Below, piece after piece: positions 26,211 through 35,366 of a DNA stretch of 64,000 nt. The position numbers were made by a program, and so were the translations under genes. The notes under the pieces were generated by a model. That model had not been told where the DNA came from, searched no databases, and saw only the letters and a program-made list of their open reading frames with translations. Each line of letters opens with the position of its first letter. Within the stretch, counting starts at the first letter, position 1. This stretch comes from Vulcanimicrobiaceae bacterium (GTDB lineage Bacteria; Verrucomicrobiota; Verrucomicrobiia; Limisphaerales; Palsa-1400). The stretch is from positions 66,085-130,084 of the forward strand of contig DATKFW010000108.1 of NCBI GenBank assembly GCA_035511075.1, read 5' to 3'.

Positions 26211-26253
26211 GGCGAAATATAGAGTGTGAGGGTGGGACAAGCAAGATGTATTT

Positions 26254-27114
26254 TTGCAAGGACGCAAGGCTGTCGCCGTGGGTGAAGATTTATCAGACGC
26301 GGCGCTGGTGATAATCGGCCACGGATCGACCGTCAACGCGGATTCCGCCGCGCCGGCCTACCAGCATGTCGATGAGTTGCGGGGGCGGAAGGTTTTTGCG
26401 CAGGTGCAGGAGGCTTTTTGGAAACAGGAGCCCTATGTGTCGCAGGTGCTTCGGGGGATTTTTGCGCCGCGGGTATTCATCGTGCCGCTCTTTATCAGCG
26501 AGGGCTACTTTACCGAGGAAGTCATTCCGCGCGAGCTCGGGTTTTGCGGCCGGGGCGAAAAGGATTTCCCACGCGTCCAACGGCGGGGCGGCCAGACGCT
26601 GCATTATTGCGGGCCGGTCGGAACGCACGCGAGCATGACGGCGGTCTTACTGGCGCGAGCGCGCGGCATCGTGGAGCAATTTCCTTTTCCGCGCGCGCCC
26701 AAGCCGGCGGAGACGGCGCTGTTCATCGCGGGCCATGGCACGGGAAACAACGAGAATTCGCGCAAGGCCATCGAAGAGCAGGTGGAATTGATTCGGGCGC
26801 GCGGGCTTTACGGCGAAGTCCACGCCGCATTCATGGAAGAGGAGCCGCGCATCGGCGATTGCTACAAGGTCGCGCAGGCCAGAAACATCATCATGGTGCC
26901 CTTTTTCATCAGCGACGGCTTGCATTCCAACGAGGACATACCCGTCATGCTCGGCGCGCCGAAAAGGATTGTCCAGGAACGGCTGAAGGCCGGGCAGCCG
27001 ACATGGCGCAATCCCACCGAGCGGGAGGGCAAACGTCTTTGGTACACGGCCAGCATCGGGCGTGAAGCGCACATTGTGGACGTGATTCTGGAACGTGTGC
27101 GCGAAGTGATGTAG
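26254..27114 (+). CDS. cbiX: CbiX/SirB-type (sirohydrochlorin) chelatase, two-domain long form
   Basis: Two tandem CbiX modules: ALVIIGHGS...IVPLFISEGYFTEEVIP and ALFIAGHGT...IIMVPFFISDGLHSNEDIP. TTG start at 26254; GTG 26278 is an alternative. Confidence 0.7.
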   Translation: MQGRKAVAVGEDLSDAALVIIGHGSTVNADSAAPAYQHVDELRGRKVFAQVQEAFWKQEPYVSQVLRGIFAPRVFIVPLFISEGYFTEEVIPRELGFCGRGEKDFPRVQRRGGQTLHYCGPVGTHASMTAVLLARARGIVEQFPFPRAPKPAETALFIAGHGTGNNENSRKAIEEQVELIRARGLYGEVHAAFMEEEPRIGDCYKVAQARNIIMVPFFISDGLHSNEDIPVMLGAPKRIVQERLKAGQPTWRNPTEREGKRLWYTASIGREAHIVDVILERVREVM

Positions 27115-27123
27115 TGTACGCGT

Positions 27124-28545
27124 ATGCTTCCGGTTCTATCGGTCCAGCAGATGCGGCAATGGGAAGAAGCCACCTGGACGACAGGGCAATCCGCGGAGAG
27201 TGTCATCCAATTGGTGGGGCAGCGGCTGGCTCAACGGATAGTGGAATTGTCCAGGCCCGGGGACGTCATCTGGATTGTTGCCGGCAAAGGCCATAACGGC
27301 GATGACGCGCGCGCGGCGGTGCCAGGTTTGAGCGATCGAAGCGTGGTGCTGCTCAATGTCACCGATCCAGGCCAGGGACGGATTGAATTTTTAGAGAAGA
27401 TTCAACGGCACGGCGAGCATCCACCGGCCTGGATCGTGGACGCGCTCTTCGGCATCGGCCTGAGCCGTCCGCTCGACGAGCCGTGGCGCCAGTTGATTGA
27501 AGCCCTCAACAATTCCGGAGTTCCGATATTGGCGGTGGATGTCCCTTCCGGTTTGAACGCGGACACCGGACTACCGGAAGGCGCCGCAATCCGCGCCGAA
27601 CTGACGTTAACCGTGGGCGCGCCCAAAACCGGGTTGCTCAAGGGGCCTGCCTTCACTGGACGGGTGGAGGTGCTTTCGGACGTGGGCCTCGCGGCGTGTT
27701 TGATTGACAGCGAATTGAACTGGACGTCGGCGGAGGATTTTCGGGGACTTCCGCCGCGGCGTCCGGTTGCCGCCAACAAGGGGAATTTCGGACACGTGGC
27801 CATAGTCGCGGGCAGCCGCGGCTATCACGGGGCGGCAGTATTGTCGGCGTGGGGGGCATTGCGGGCAAGGGTGGGGCTGGTCTCGGTTTATCCGCAGGAA
27901 AGCGCTTACGTTCCCGTCGCGGCGCAACTTCAGTCGGCAATGGTCCACCCGTGGGAGGCTGGAAAATCGCAACCCAAGAATTGTACGGCGCTTTTATTCG
28001 GCCCCGGTTTGGCGGCCCAGGACGTGCCGGGTTCGTTGAAGGACGAGATGAGAACCCATTGGCATTGCTCGCCGCTGGCGATGCTTGTGGACGCCAGCGC
28101 CCTGGACTGGCTCGATGCAGGACCCGTGCCGGAGGGGGCCGTGCGGTTAATCACGCCGCATCCGGGCGAAGCGGGTCGTTTGCTCGGTTCGAGCGCTGAA
28201 GCGGTGCAGGCCGGCCGGCTGGGGGCATTGCGGCAATTGTCAAAAAAATTTGGCAATTGCTGCGTGGTCCTCAAGGGGCACCAAACACTGGTGGGCCGTT
28301 CGACGGGCAAGGTATTTGTCAACAGTTCCGGCAACCCGTTCCTGGCGCAGGGCGGCAGCGGCGATTTGCTTTCGGGATACGCGGCGGGGCTGCTGGCGCA
28401 ACCGGATTGGCGGCGCGACCCGGTGTTGGCGGCGCGGTACGCCGTCTGGCAACATGGCGCGACGGCGGATAACCTCTCGCAAACGCGGCCGAATTGGACG
28501 CTGGAGGAATTGGCCGCGCACCTGGGCGAAGCGGTCGGCGGATAA
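27124..28545 (+). CDS. nnr: Bifunctional NAD(P)H-hydrate repair enzyme (epimerase/ADP-dependent dehydratase, YjeF family)
   Basis: N-terminal YjeF_N (VAGKGHNGDDARAA, DALFGIGLSRP) and C-terminal carbohydrate-kinase domain (GHVAIVAGSRGYHGAAVLS, GGSGDLLSGYAAGLLAQ). Confidence 0.85.
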   Translation: MLPVLSVQQMRQWEEATWTTGQSAESVIQLVGQRLAQRIVELSRPGDVIWIVAGKGHNGDDARAAVPGLSDRSVVLLNVTDPGQGRIEFLEKIQRHGEHPPAWIVDALFGIGLSRPLDEPWRQLIEALNNSGVPILAVDVPSGLNADTGLPEGAAIRAELTLTVGAPKTGLLKGPAFTGRVEVLSDVGLAACLIDSELNWTSAEDFRGLPPRRPVAANKGNFGHVAIVAGSRGYHGAAVLSAWGALRARVGLVSVYPQESAYVPVAAQLQSAMVHPWEAGKSQPKNCTALLFGPGLAAQDVPGSLKDEMRTHWHCSPLAMLVDASALDWLDAGPVPEGAVRLITPHPGEAGRLLGSSAEAVQAGRLGALRQLSKKFGNCCVVLKGHQTLVGRSTGKVFVNSSGNPFLAQGGSGDLLSGYAAGLLAQPDWRRDPVLAARYAVWQHGATADNLSQTRPNWTLEELAAHLGEAVGG

Positions 28546-28574
28546 ATTGCTTTCATTGCAAAAGCTCATTTGCT

Positions 28575-29582
28575 ATGGAACAGCCAGGAATGCGAAGGTT
28601 TGGATTGATCCTGGTTTGTGCGCTGGTGATTGCCGCGGGAGCGGCGGCTGCCGCCACTTACAAATTGGCCGACGGCAGTGAAATCACCGGCGACCCGATT
28701 TCCGTGACCGAAACAGGCGTCGTTTTTGAGAAACCGGACGGCACGGATTCGGAGCGGTTGTCGTGGGATAAATTGACGCCGGAGGCGTTGAAGGAGCTAT
28801 ATGCGCAGGACAAATCCCCGCATGACCGCGCGCTGCTGCAGCCGCTGGTGGAAAATCTTCCCGAAGACACCGTAAAGGTCAAGGAGCTGGCCGTCAAACC
28901 GGTGGAGACGCCGGCCCGGCCCACGCAGCACCTCGGAGTGTTTGCCATTTTTGGCAGTTCGGTGGGCTGGATGATCGTGCTCATTTTATACGGGGCGACT
29001 ATTTATGCCGCCTACGAAGTTGCCCTGTTCCGACGCCAGCCGGTTTCGACGGTTTGCGGACTGGCGGCCGTGCCCTTCTTCGGGGTGTTAAGCCCGATAG
29101 TATTCATAGCCATGCCGACCAAGGCGCCACCGCCGCAAATGGAAGAGACGGCGCCAGCCGCCCCCGCCGAAGAAGGAGCCCCGGCGCCGGAGCCCGCGGC
29201 TTACGCCAGCCGGGCCGCGGCGTCGCCCAACCGCGCTCCAATCGGCATGCCGGGCGCCGCGGCGGCCGCCGAGGCGGAAGCGGTTCCGCCGGCGTCGGCG
29301 TTTCCGGAGCCGGTTGTGTTCGCGCGCGGCGAATACACGTTCAACCGCCGCTTCTTTGAAACAAAATTTCCGGGATTTTTCCGGGCCATTCGCACCGAGG
29401 CGGAAAAGGACCTGGTGCTGTTGCTCAAGACCAGCCGCGGCGATTTCGTGGGCCGAAGAATCACGCGAATCACTCCAAACGAACTCTACCTCCAGGTTTT
29501 CAACAAGGATGTCACCGCGGATGAAATGATCCCGTTCATCGAAGTGATGGAGGTGCAAATCCGGCACAAGGACGCACCATGA
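28575..29582 (+). CDS. Hypothetical membrane protein (signal/TM, two TM helices, Pro/Ala-rich linker, unknown C-terminal domain)
   Basis: ATG 28575 (MEQPGMRRFGLILVCALVIAAGAAAAA). TM pair WMIVLILYGATIYAAYEVALF and VCGLAAVPFFGVLSPIVFIAMP. Linker APAAPAEEGAPAPEPAAY.... The stop overlaps the adk start (ATGA at 29579-29582). Confidence 0.6.
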   Translation: MEQPGMRRFGLILVCALVIAAGAAAAATYKLADGSEITGDPISVTETGVVFEKPDGTDSERLSWDKLTPEALKELYAQDKSPHDRALLQPLVENLPEDTVKVKELAVKPVETPARPTQHLGVFAIFGSSVGWMIVLILYGATIYAAYEVALFRRQPVSTVCGLAAVPFFGVLSPIVFIAMPTKAPPPQMEETAPAAPAEEGAPAPEPAAYASRAAASPNRAPIGMPGAAAAAEAEAVPPASAFPEPVVFARGEYTFNRRFFETKFPGFFRAIRTEAEKDLVLLLKTSRGDFVGRRITRITPNELYLQVFNKDVTADEMIPFIEVMEVQIRHKDAP

Positions 29583-30196
29583 GAACATCTAAAACCAAAA
29601 AGGCGGAGGTCAAACTCCGCGCGGTGCTGCTCTTTGGAGCGCCGGGATCGGGCAAGGGAACGCAAGGTAAAATCCTGGGGACAATCCCCAATTTTTACCA
29701 TTTTTCATGCGGCGATATCTTCCGCAACGTGACGCCGGACTCTGCCTTGGGAAAGATATTCCTGACTTATTCCAGCCGCGGACAGTTGGTGCCCGACGAG
29801 CCGACGATCGAACTCTGGCGGCATAACATCGAAGTAGCCGAGCACGGCGGCCGGTACTGTGCCGCCACCGATACCCTGGTGCTGGATGGAATCCCGCGCA
29901 ACACGCACCAGGCGCAAATGCTCGAGAGCACGGTCAAGGTGCGTTTCGTGTTTTATCTCAGTTGTCCGGACGTGGGCAAATTGGTGGAGCGGTTGCAAAG
30001 GCGCGCGCTGCGCGAAAACCGCCTCGATGACGCGAACATCGAGGTCATCCGGGAGCGCCTGGAAACTTACGAACGCGAGACTCGACCCGTTCTGGAGTAT
30101 TACGGACCGGAGTTGGTGCGCACGATTGATTCGACGCAAACGCCGATCAACGTTTTGCGCGAGATTCTGCGGATCCTGGCCCACGCTCCCCCCTGA
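29579..30196 (+). CDS. adk: Adenylate kinase
   Basis: P-loop LLFGAPGSGKGTQGKIL. NMP-binding FHFSCGDIFR. LVLDGIPRN. Confidence 0.8.
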   Translation: MRTSKTKKAEVKLRAVLLFGAPGSGKGTQGKILGTIPNFYHFSCGDIFRNVTPDSALGKIFLTYSSRGQLVPDEPTIELWRHNIEVAEHGGRYCAATDTLVLDGIPRNTHQAQMLESTVKVRFVFYLSCPDVGKLVERLQRRALRENRLDDANIEVIRERLETYERETRPVLEYYGPELVRTIDSTQTPINVLREILRILAHAPP

Positions 30197-31140
30197 TGCA
30201 TCTGCGAATCCTGTTCATGGGCACGGCCCAACTGGCCGGCGCAAGCCTGCGCGCCCTGCTGGCGTCCTCCCAGTTCGACGTGGCGGCGGCGGTGACGCGG
30301 CCGGACCGGCCCCAAGGGCGCGAACTCAAGACGCGGCCGCCGCTTGTCAAGAAAATCGCGGCCGAAGCGGGCATTCCTCTGCTGCAGCCGGAACGGGCGC
30401 GCGATCCGGAGTTTATTTCCAGTGTGGCGGACCTCAACCCCGATATCATTGTCGTGGCCGAATACGGGGAGCTTCTTCCGCCCTCAATTCTCGCGCTGCC
30501 GAAATTGGGTTGTGTGAATGTTCATGCGTCGCTTCTGCCCAAGTATCGCGGTGCGGCGCCGATTCAATGGGCGATCCTGAACGGCGAGCACGAGACAGGG
30601 GTGACGATTATGAAGATGTCAGCGGGCCTGGACACGGGCGATATCCTGACGCAGAAGGCGACGCCGATTGGGCTGGAGGAAACCGCGGCCCAATTGCATG
30701 ACCGGCTGGCGATTCTTGGGGCGGAGTTGCTGGTCAGTACTCTGCCCGACTACAGCGCCGGCGGGATCCTCCCGACACCGCAGGACAACGCCGCCGCCAC
30801 CCATGCCCGCAAAATCAACAGGGAAGACGGCCGCATCGATTGGTCACAGACGGCAGCCGCGCTGCGGAACCGGATTCGGGCGTTTACTCCATGGCCCGGC
30901 GCGTATGTTGACTTGACAATCCGCGGCAAGCCGCGGCTGGTGAAATTCTGGCGCGCGTCGGTCGAGCTGTCACAGGGACAGCCGGGGCAGGTATTGCAGG
31001 CGGACCGCAACGGGCTTGTCATCGCCTGCGGCAGCGACGCGTTGCGGATCCAGGAATTGCAGGTGGAAGGCGGACGCAAAATGAGCGCCGGCGAATTCGC
31101 CGCCGGTTACCCGCTGACCGTTACGGCGCCTGGGAAATGA
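30196..31140 (+). CDS. fmt: Methionyl-tRNA formyltransferase
   Basis: ILFMGT...VVTRPDRPQGR and HASLLPKYRGAAPIQWAILNGEHETGVTIMKM. The start overlaps the adk stop (TGATG at 30194-30198). Confidence 0.9.
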   Translation: MHLRILFMGTAQLAGASLRALLASSQFDVAAAVTRPDRPQGRELKTRPPLVKKIAAEAGIPLLQPERARDPEFISSVADLNPDIIVVAEYGELLPPSILALPKLGCVNVHASLLPKYRGAAPIQWAILNGEHETGVTIMKMSAGLDTGDILTQKATPIGLEETAAQLHDRLAILGAELLVSTLPDYSAGGILPTPQDNAAATHARKINREDGRIDWSQTAAALRNRIRAFTPWPGAYVDLTIRGKPRLVKFWRASVELSQGQPGQVLQADRNGLVIACGSDALRIQELQVEGGRKMSAGEFAAGYPLTVTAPGK

Positions 31141-33781
31141 TCGGCTGTTTGTTGATCATCGAGACGTAGTCGGCCAAAATGCGCCTGGCTTCCGTCAAGG
31201 TCGGATCCAGCTCCGATGCGTCTTCGCCGGGGGAGTCGCCTTCGTTCGCGAGGGCGCCGACTTCGCCGGCAGCGTCGTTAAAATCAAGATCGCCCGCGGC
31301 GGCGATTGAATTAGTCTTGACAACCTCCGGCTCCAATTGGGGCTTGTCGACGTTTTTCAAGGTGATGTCAAAGACCTTGTCGTCTGATTTCTTGCGGGAC
31401 AGCCGTTCCTTTTTGCGCTCCTGGGCGCGTTCGGTGCGGGTCTTCTGCTCGGCGAGACGCGCGGCTTCGTTGAGGGAAATGCTCTTGTCGGCCTGGTCTT
31501 TGAGAAAATCAGCGATGTCTTCGTGGATGTAGGCGAAATCGCGGTCGGTGGCAATCCGTTGCCTGGAGAGTTGCTGCAATTGAGACAAATAAGGCGCGAC
31601 GCGGTTAAGATTCTCCAGATCCGCGCTGGGCACCTCGTCGCAGGGGAGGGCGTTGGGCAGGGAACTTTCGCCGACTTCGTCGGTGGCGTAATTCCAGACG
31701 GAAGGCAATTCGACGTCCGACACCACGCCCTTAAGTTGTGTGGAGACGCCGGCGGCGCGGTAGAATTTTTTAATCGTGATTTTGAGCGAGCCAGGATTGT
31801 AGGCGAAATCGAGGTGCCTCTGCTGTAAAAGCGGCTTCAGTTCCAGCATGGTTTGCACCGTTCCTTTGCCAAAGGTGGAATGGTCGCCGACGATCAACGC
31901 GCGATTGTAGTCCTGCAAAGCTCCCGCAAGAATCTCCGAGGCCGAAGCGCTGAAGCGGCTCGTCAGAATAATCAGCGGCCCGTCATAAAGAACGGAGGAA
32001 TCACGGCAGGAATCCACGACGATGTCCCCGTTGGGGTCCTTGGTTTGCACAACCGGGCCTCGCGGGATGAACAACCCCGTCAATTTGATCGCCTCCTCAA
32101 GATAACCGCCGCCGTTGCGCCGCAAATCCAAAATGATCCCGTCGACATGCTCCTTCTTAAACCGGCGGATCAATCGCGCCACGTCCGTAGTGGTGTCCTT
32201 TGAAGCCGAAGGGACGCCGTTATTTGCCATCTCCGGCTCGTCGCCATCGGCGTAAAAGGAGGGCAAGTCGATGACACCCAGGTTCAGGGCCGGATGTCCA
32301 TTGGCTTTTGGCTTTTCGTAAAGGCGGGCTTTGGCCGCGGCATCCTCCAACTTGATTTCGTCGCGAATGAGCGACACTTCCTTGTGAATGGACGGGTCGG
32401 GGGAGTCGGATGGGATGATCGTCAGCGTCACTTGCGTGCCTTTGGGCCCGCGAATCATTTCGACGACCTTGTCCAGGGGCATTCCGACAACATCAACCGG
32501 CTCAGAATTGGTTTGCGCGACAGCGATGATGCGGTCGCCCGGTTTGAGTTTGCCGCTTTTCGCGGCGGGGCCTTCCTTGAGTTCAGAGATTTTGCAATAG
32601 CTGCCGTCCTGCATCAGGAGCGCGCCGATGCCAAAAAGCGAGAGCTTCATCTGAATTTCAAAATTCTCGGCCTCCGCGTGGCCCATGTAATCGGAATGAG
32701 GATCATACGCGCGCGCCAGCGAGTTCATATAGATCTCGAAAACGCGGTCCCTGTCCAAATCCTGGTAATTCTTGAGTCCTTGGACGTAGTGATTGGTCAG
32801 CGTCTTGTAAATCTCGGGAAGGTTTTTCTCATTCAAATGAATGACCGCCTCGAGCGCGGCGTTGTTGGTTTCGGCCTTGAGATGATGAAAGCTGATGTCG
32901 CCCAGCAGGTCGCCCGACGCGTTAAAGAAGTTGTTTGTGGTCTTCTTGAGGTTATCGGCCGACGCCACATCGACGCGCAAAGTAAGATTGGATCCGTCAT
33001 TTTCGCCGGGGCTGATCCATGCGATTTGGCGGCCGTCCTTGGAGAGGAACGTTTTGGGCAAAAAATCGAAGCTCACGTTGTGCAACTTATCGCGCTTTAG
33101 CGCAACGTCGGCGCCTTTGGAATCGAAAGTGAGGGGGCCGGTGTATGTGATGTCTGCCGCGGCCAGGAGTTGGTCGAGGTATTCGCACCGCAATTCCTGG
33201 CGCCAGAACTCCCGCGCTTCGGTAATGTCCTGGGGATACGGGAGCGTGTGGCGGTTGGCAATAAACCGGTCATTGCCGGTGAAGTCAAATTTTTCCGTTG
33301 CGAGCAGATTGGTGACGTAAACGGCCCGCTCCCCGGCGCGCTCCATGAAACGGGCGAAAATCTTCCAGCATGGGCTGGTATCGTGATCCTTCATCGTAAG
33401 GATCTGGAGATTGGTGCGGTAAGGTTCAAAATCAGCCAGGTCGGACTTCAACAAATACATGTGGGAATAGTCCAACGTGTCCAAATAGCGGTCGAGGAAT
33501 TTGCCGGCAATCTCCTGATCGAACGGATGCTGGGCATACTGCCAGGTCTCCAGCATGTCGGCGGTCATCCTGGCGATATTGGCGTCGGTCGGGTCCTGCA
33601 CCGTGAGCATGCCGGCAGGGGTCACACTTTTGGCGCTGGCGCGAGCGGGGGCGTCCACGGGGTCCGACGGATCGGAGGCGGGAGCTTGGTCGTGGGGCGC
33701 GCCTTGGGAGCGGGGACAGAATTGGAGAAGAGTTACTGCCAAAGCCAAACGGCTGGCAACCAACATATATCGAAGTCTCAT
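31121..33781 (-). CDS. prc: Tail-specific / carboxy-terminal processing protease (S41 family, PDZ domain)
   Basis: 886 aa with a signal peptide. PDZ (GPAAKSGKLKPGDRIIAV), S41 core DGIILDLRRNGGGYLEEA, SASASEILAGALQDY, TFGKGTVQ. The 3' end overlaps the fmt 3' end by 20 nt. Confidence 0.85.
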   Translation of the reverse strand: MRLRYMLVASRLALAVTLLQFCPRSQGAPHDQAPASDPSDPVDAPARASAKSVTPAGMLTVQDPTDANIARMTADMLETWQYAQHPFDQEIAGKFLDRYLDTLDYSHMYLLKSDLADFEPYRTNLQILTMKDHDTSPCWKIFARFMERAGERAVYVTNLLATEKFDFTGNDRFIANRHTLPYPQDITEAREFWRQELRCEYLDQLLAAADITYTGPLTFDSKGADVALKRDKLHNVSFDFLPKTFLSKDGRQIAWISPGENDGSNLTLRVDVASADNLKKTTNNFFNASGDLLGDISFHHLKAETNNAALEAVIHLNEKNLPEIYKTLTNHYVQGLKNYQDLDRDRVFEIYMNSLARAYDPHSDYMGHAEAENFEIQMKLSLFGIGALLMQDGSYCKISELKEGPAAKSGKLKPGDRIIAVAQTNSEPVDVVGMPLDKVVEMIRGPKGTQVTLTIIPSDSPDPSIHKEVSLIRDEIKLEDAAAKARLYEKPKANGHPALNLGVIDLPSFYADGDEPEMANNGVPSASKDTTTDVARLIRRFKKEHVDGIILDLRRNGGGYLEEAIKLTGLFIPRGPVVQTKDPNGDIVVDSCRDSSVLYDGPLIILTSRFSASASEILAGALQDYNRALIVGDHSTFGKGTVQTMLELKPLLQQRHLDFAYNPGSLKITIKKFYRAAGVSTQLKGVVSDVELPSVWNYATDEVGESSLPNALPCDEVPSADLENLNRVAPYLSQLQQLSRQRIATDRDFAYIHEDIADFLKDQADKSISLNEAARLAEQKTRTERAQERKKERLSRKKSDDKVFDITLKNVDKPQLEPEVVKTNSIAAAGDLDFNDAAGEVGALANEGDSPGEDASELDPTLTEARRILADYVSMINKQPIISQAP

Positions 33782-33952
33782 TTAACTTTTTAGTGTTTTC
33801 GCTGACGCCGGGCGCCTCTATTGCCCCTGCGCACCCGTGCGGCGGCACTCTGACGCGCCATAATAATAACAAACTTCCCACGAAAAGCCAATGGAGATTA
33901 CAAGATGACACTTTTAGCCGGAATCGGTGAAGAAGCCGTTGCGGCTGAGCGT

Positions 33953-34639
33953 CTAAGCGGCGACGGCCGCCGCTGGTTTCAACAACGCCCACCGAAGGCT
34001 AAGTTGCGGGGCGACATTCGTCAAATTAGGCAAGCCGACCGGCTTGACGATGTAAGCCTGTGCGCCAAGCCCCCTGCTGATATGCAGGTCGCGCTCGCGG
34101 TCTGACGACGTGAGGATCACCACCGGAATCGAGGCGGTGTGAGAATCCGCCTTGACGCGGCGGAGGACCTCCAGTCCGCCGATCCGGGGCAGATTAAGAT
34201 CCAGCAGGATCAATTGAGGCCGTTGGCTGCGCCGGCGGTCCACATACGCGCCCTGGCAGAAAAGATAATCCAACGCCTCCAGACCGTCACGCACCACATG
34301 CACCCGATTGGAAATGCCTTTAAGCGCGTCCGTCGTCAGTTCGATATCGTTTGGATCATCCTCCACAAATAGAATGTCCACCATTTCTTCAAAGGAGGCG
34401 CCCCGGTCCTCCGGCGGTCCAGCTTCGTATGAGAAAAGCTTGGTCATCGAGATTTCCAGCGCGCGGGCGAGCTTCTCGATGCTTTCCAGCGAGACATTGC
34501 GCGCGCCGCGTTCGATGTCGCAAATGTAAGTGCGATGCAACCCCGCACGTCCTCCCAACTCTTCCTGGGAAATGCCCAGTCGGTTTCTCCACGCTCTTAC
34601 CGATACCCCAAACGGCTTTGTAACATCAGGTCTTTGCAC
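33953..34639 (-). CDS. Fusion protein: N-terminal XRE-family HTH + C-terminal response-regulator receiver domain
   Basis: HTH_3: RNRLGISQEELGGRAGLHRTYICDIERGARNVSLESIEKLARAL. REC: ILFVEDDPNDIEL..., LILLDLNLPRIGG, VVILTSS, YIVKPV. Confidence 0.8.
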   Translation of the reverse strand: MQRPDVTKPFGVSVRAWRNRLGISQEELGGRAGLHRTYICDIERGARNVSLESIEKLARALEISMTKLFSYEAGPPEDRGASFEEMVDILFVEDDPNDIELTTDALKGISNRVHVVRDGLEALDYLFCQGAYVDRRRSQRPQLILLDLNLPRIGGLEVLRRVKADSHTASIPVVILTSSDRERDLHISRGLGAQAYIVKPVGLPNLTNVAPQLSLRWALLKPAAAVAA

Positions 34640-34651
34640 ACGTATACCCTT

Positions 34652-34699
34652 TCATTGTGATCAATGATAACCCCTGTCACAACAGACTATAGGTGACAG
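34652..34699. promoter_or_regulatory. Two palindromes upstream of the HTH::REC gene (candidate operators)
   Basis: TCATTG-tgat-CAATGA (34652-34667) and CTGTCAC-n12-GTGACAG (34674-34699). Both lie 13-60 nt upstream of the start at 34639, in an AT-rich stretch. Confidence 0.3.
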
Positions 34700-34939
34700 T
34701 GATATATTTATTCCCGTTGCTATGCTATGGTCCCTGAAGGTCTGCTTTCCCAAGAGGAAACCCCGAAACTATCATCCCGCCCTAACAGTGCCTTCTATAC
34801 GACATTTTGCGAAGTCGAGCAAGTAAATAGTGAAAAAAGTTTTCGAGTTTCCCGGGCGCTGAATCTTTCATCGTACGCGGCAATTAAATTCCGGCGCTTG
34901 CTCTGTCGCCGGGCATTTGGCACAATGCGGGAGTTGGTT

Positions 34940-35024
34940 GCGCTTATGGTGGAATTGGCAGACACGCTACTTTGAGGTGGTAGTGGGGTAACCCGTGCAG
35001 GTTCAAGTCCTGCTAAGCGCACCA
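34940..35024 (+). tRNA. tRNA-Leu (anticodon GAG), type II with long variable arm, encoded CCA
   Basis: Hand-folded. Acceptor stem GCGCTTA/TAAGCGC and D stem GTG/CAC. Anticodon stem CTACT/GGTAG with loop TT-GAG-GT (anticodon at 34974-34976). Variable arm tggggtaacccgt. T stem GCAGG/CCTGC with loop TTCAAGT. Ends in ACCA. Confidence 0.9.
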
Positions 35025-35102
35025 TTTTTCCCTCGGAAGAAGAGCAGTCAAGATGAAGATCATTCCATTGACCGCAACCGGCAACGTGTGACATAAAGAA
35101 TT

Positions 35103-35366
35103 ATGCCGACACACGCCAAACCCGTTCCCTTCGCAGCCATCGAAAGCCGGATTCAATTGATTCGCGGCAGCAAGGTCATTCTGGATGCTGACTTGGCACA
35201 GATTTATGGGGTCGAAACCAAGGGCCTCAACAAAGCTGTCGAGCGCAATCGCAATCGGTGTCCAGACGACTTCATGTACCGGCTTACACGTCAAGAGTTT
35301 GCAAACTTGAGGTTCCAATTTGAAACCTCAAGTTCGCACGGGGGCAGGTGTCATGAAGCTGACTAA
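35103..35366 (+). pseudogene. Truncated ORF6N-domain (KilA-N-like DNA-binding) gene
   Basis: IESRIQLIRGSKVILDADLAQIYGVETKGLNKAVERNRNRCPDDFMYRLTRQEFANLRFQFETSSSHGGR matches the ORF6N domain pattern. It ends at ...HGGRCHEAD*, where family members continue (R-x-LPYAFTE...). The 3' end overlaps the next gene's start. Confidence 0.65.

Noticed and set aside
35013-35318. 101-aa minus-strand ORF next to the tRNA
   Set aside because: Antisense to the recognisable ORF6N fragment, and it overlaps the tRNA 3' end.
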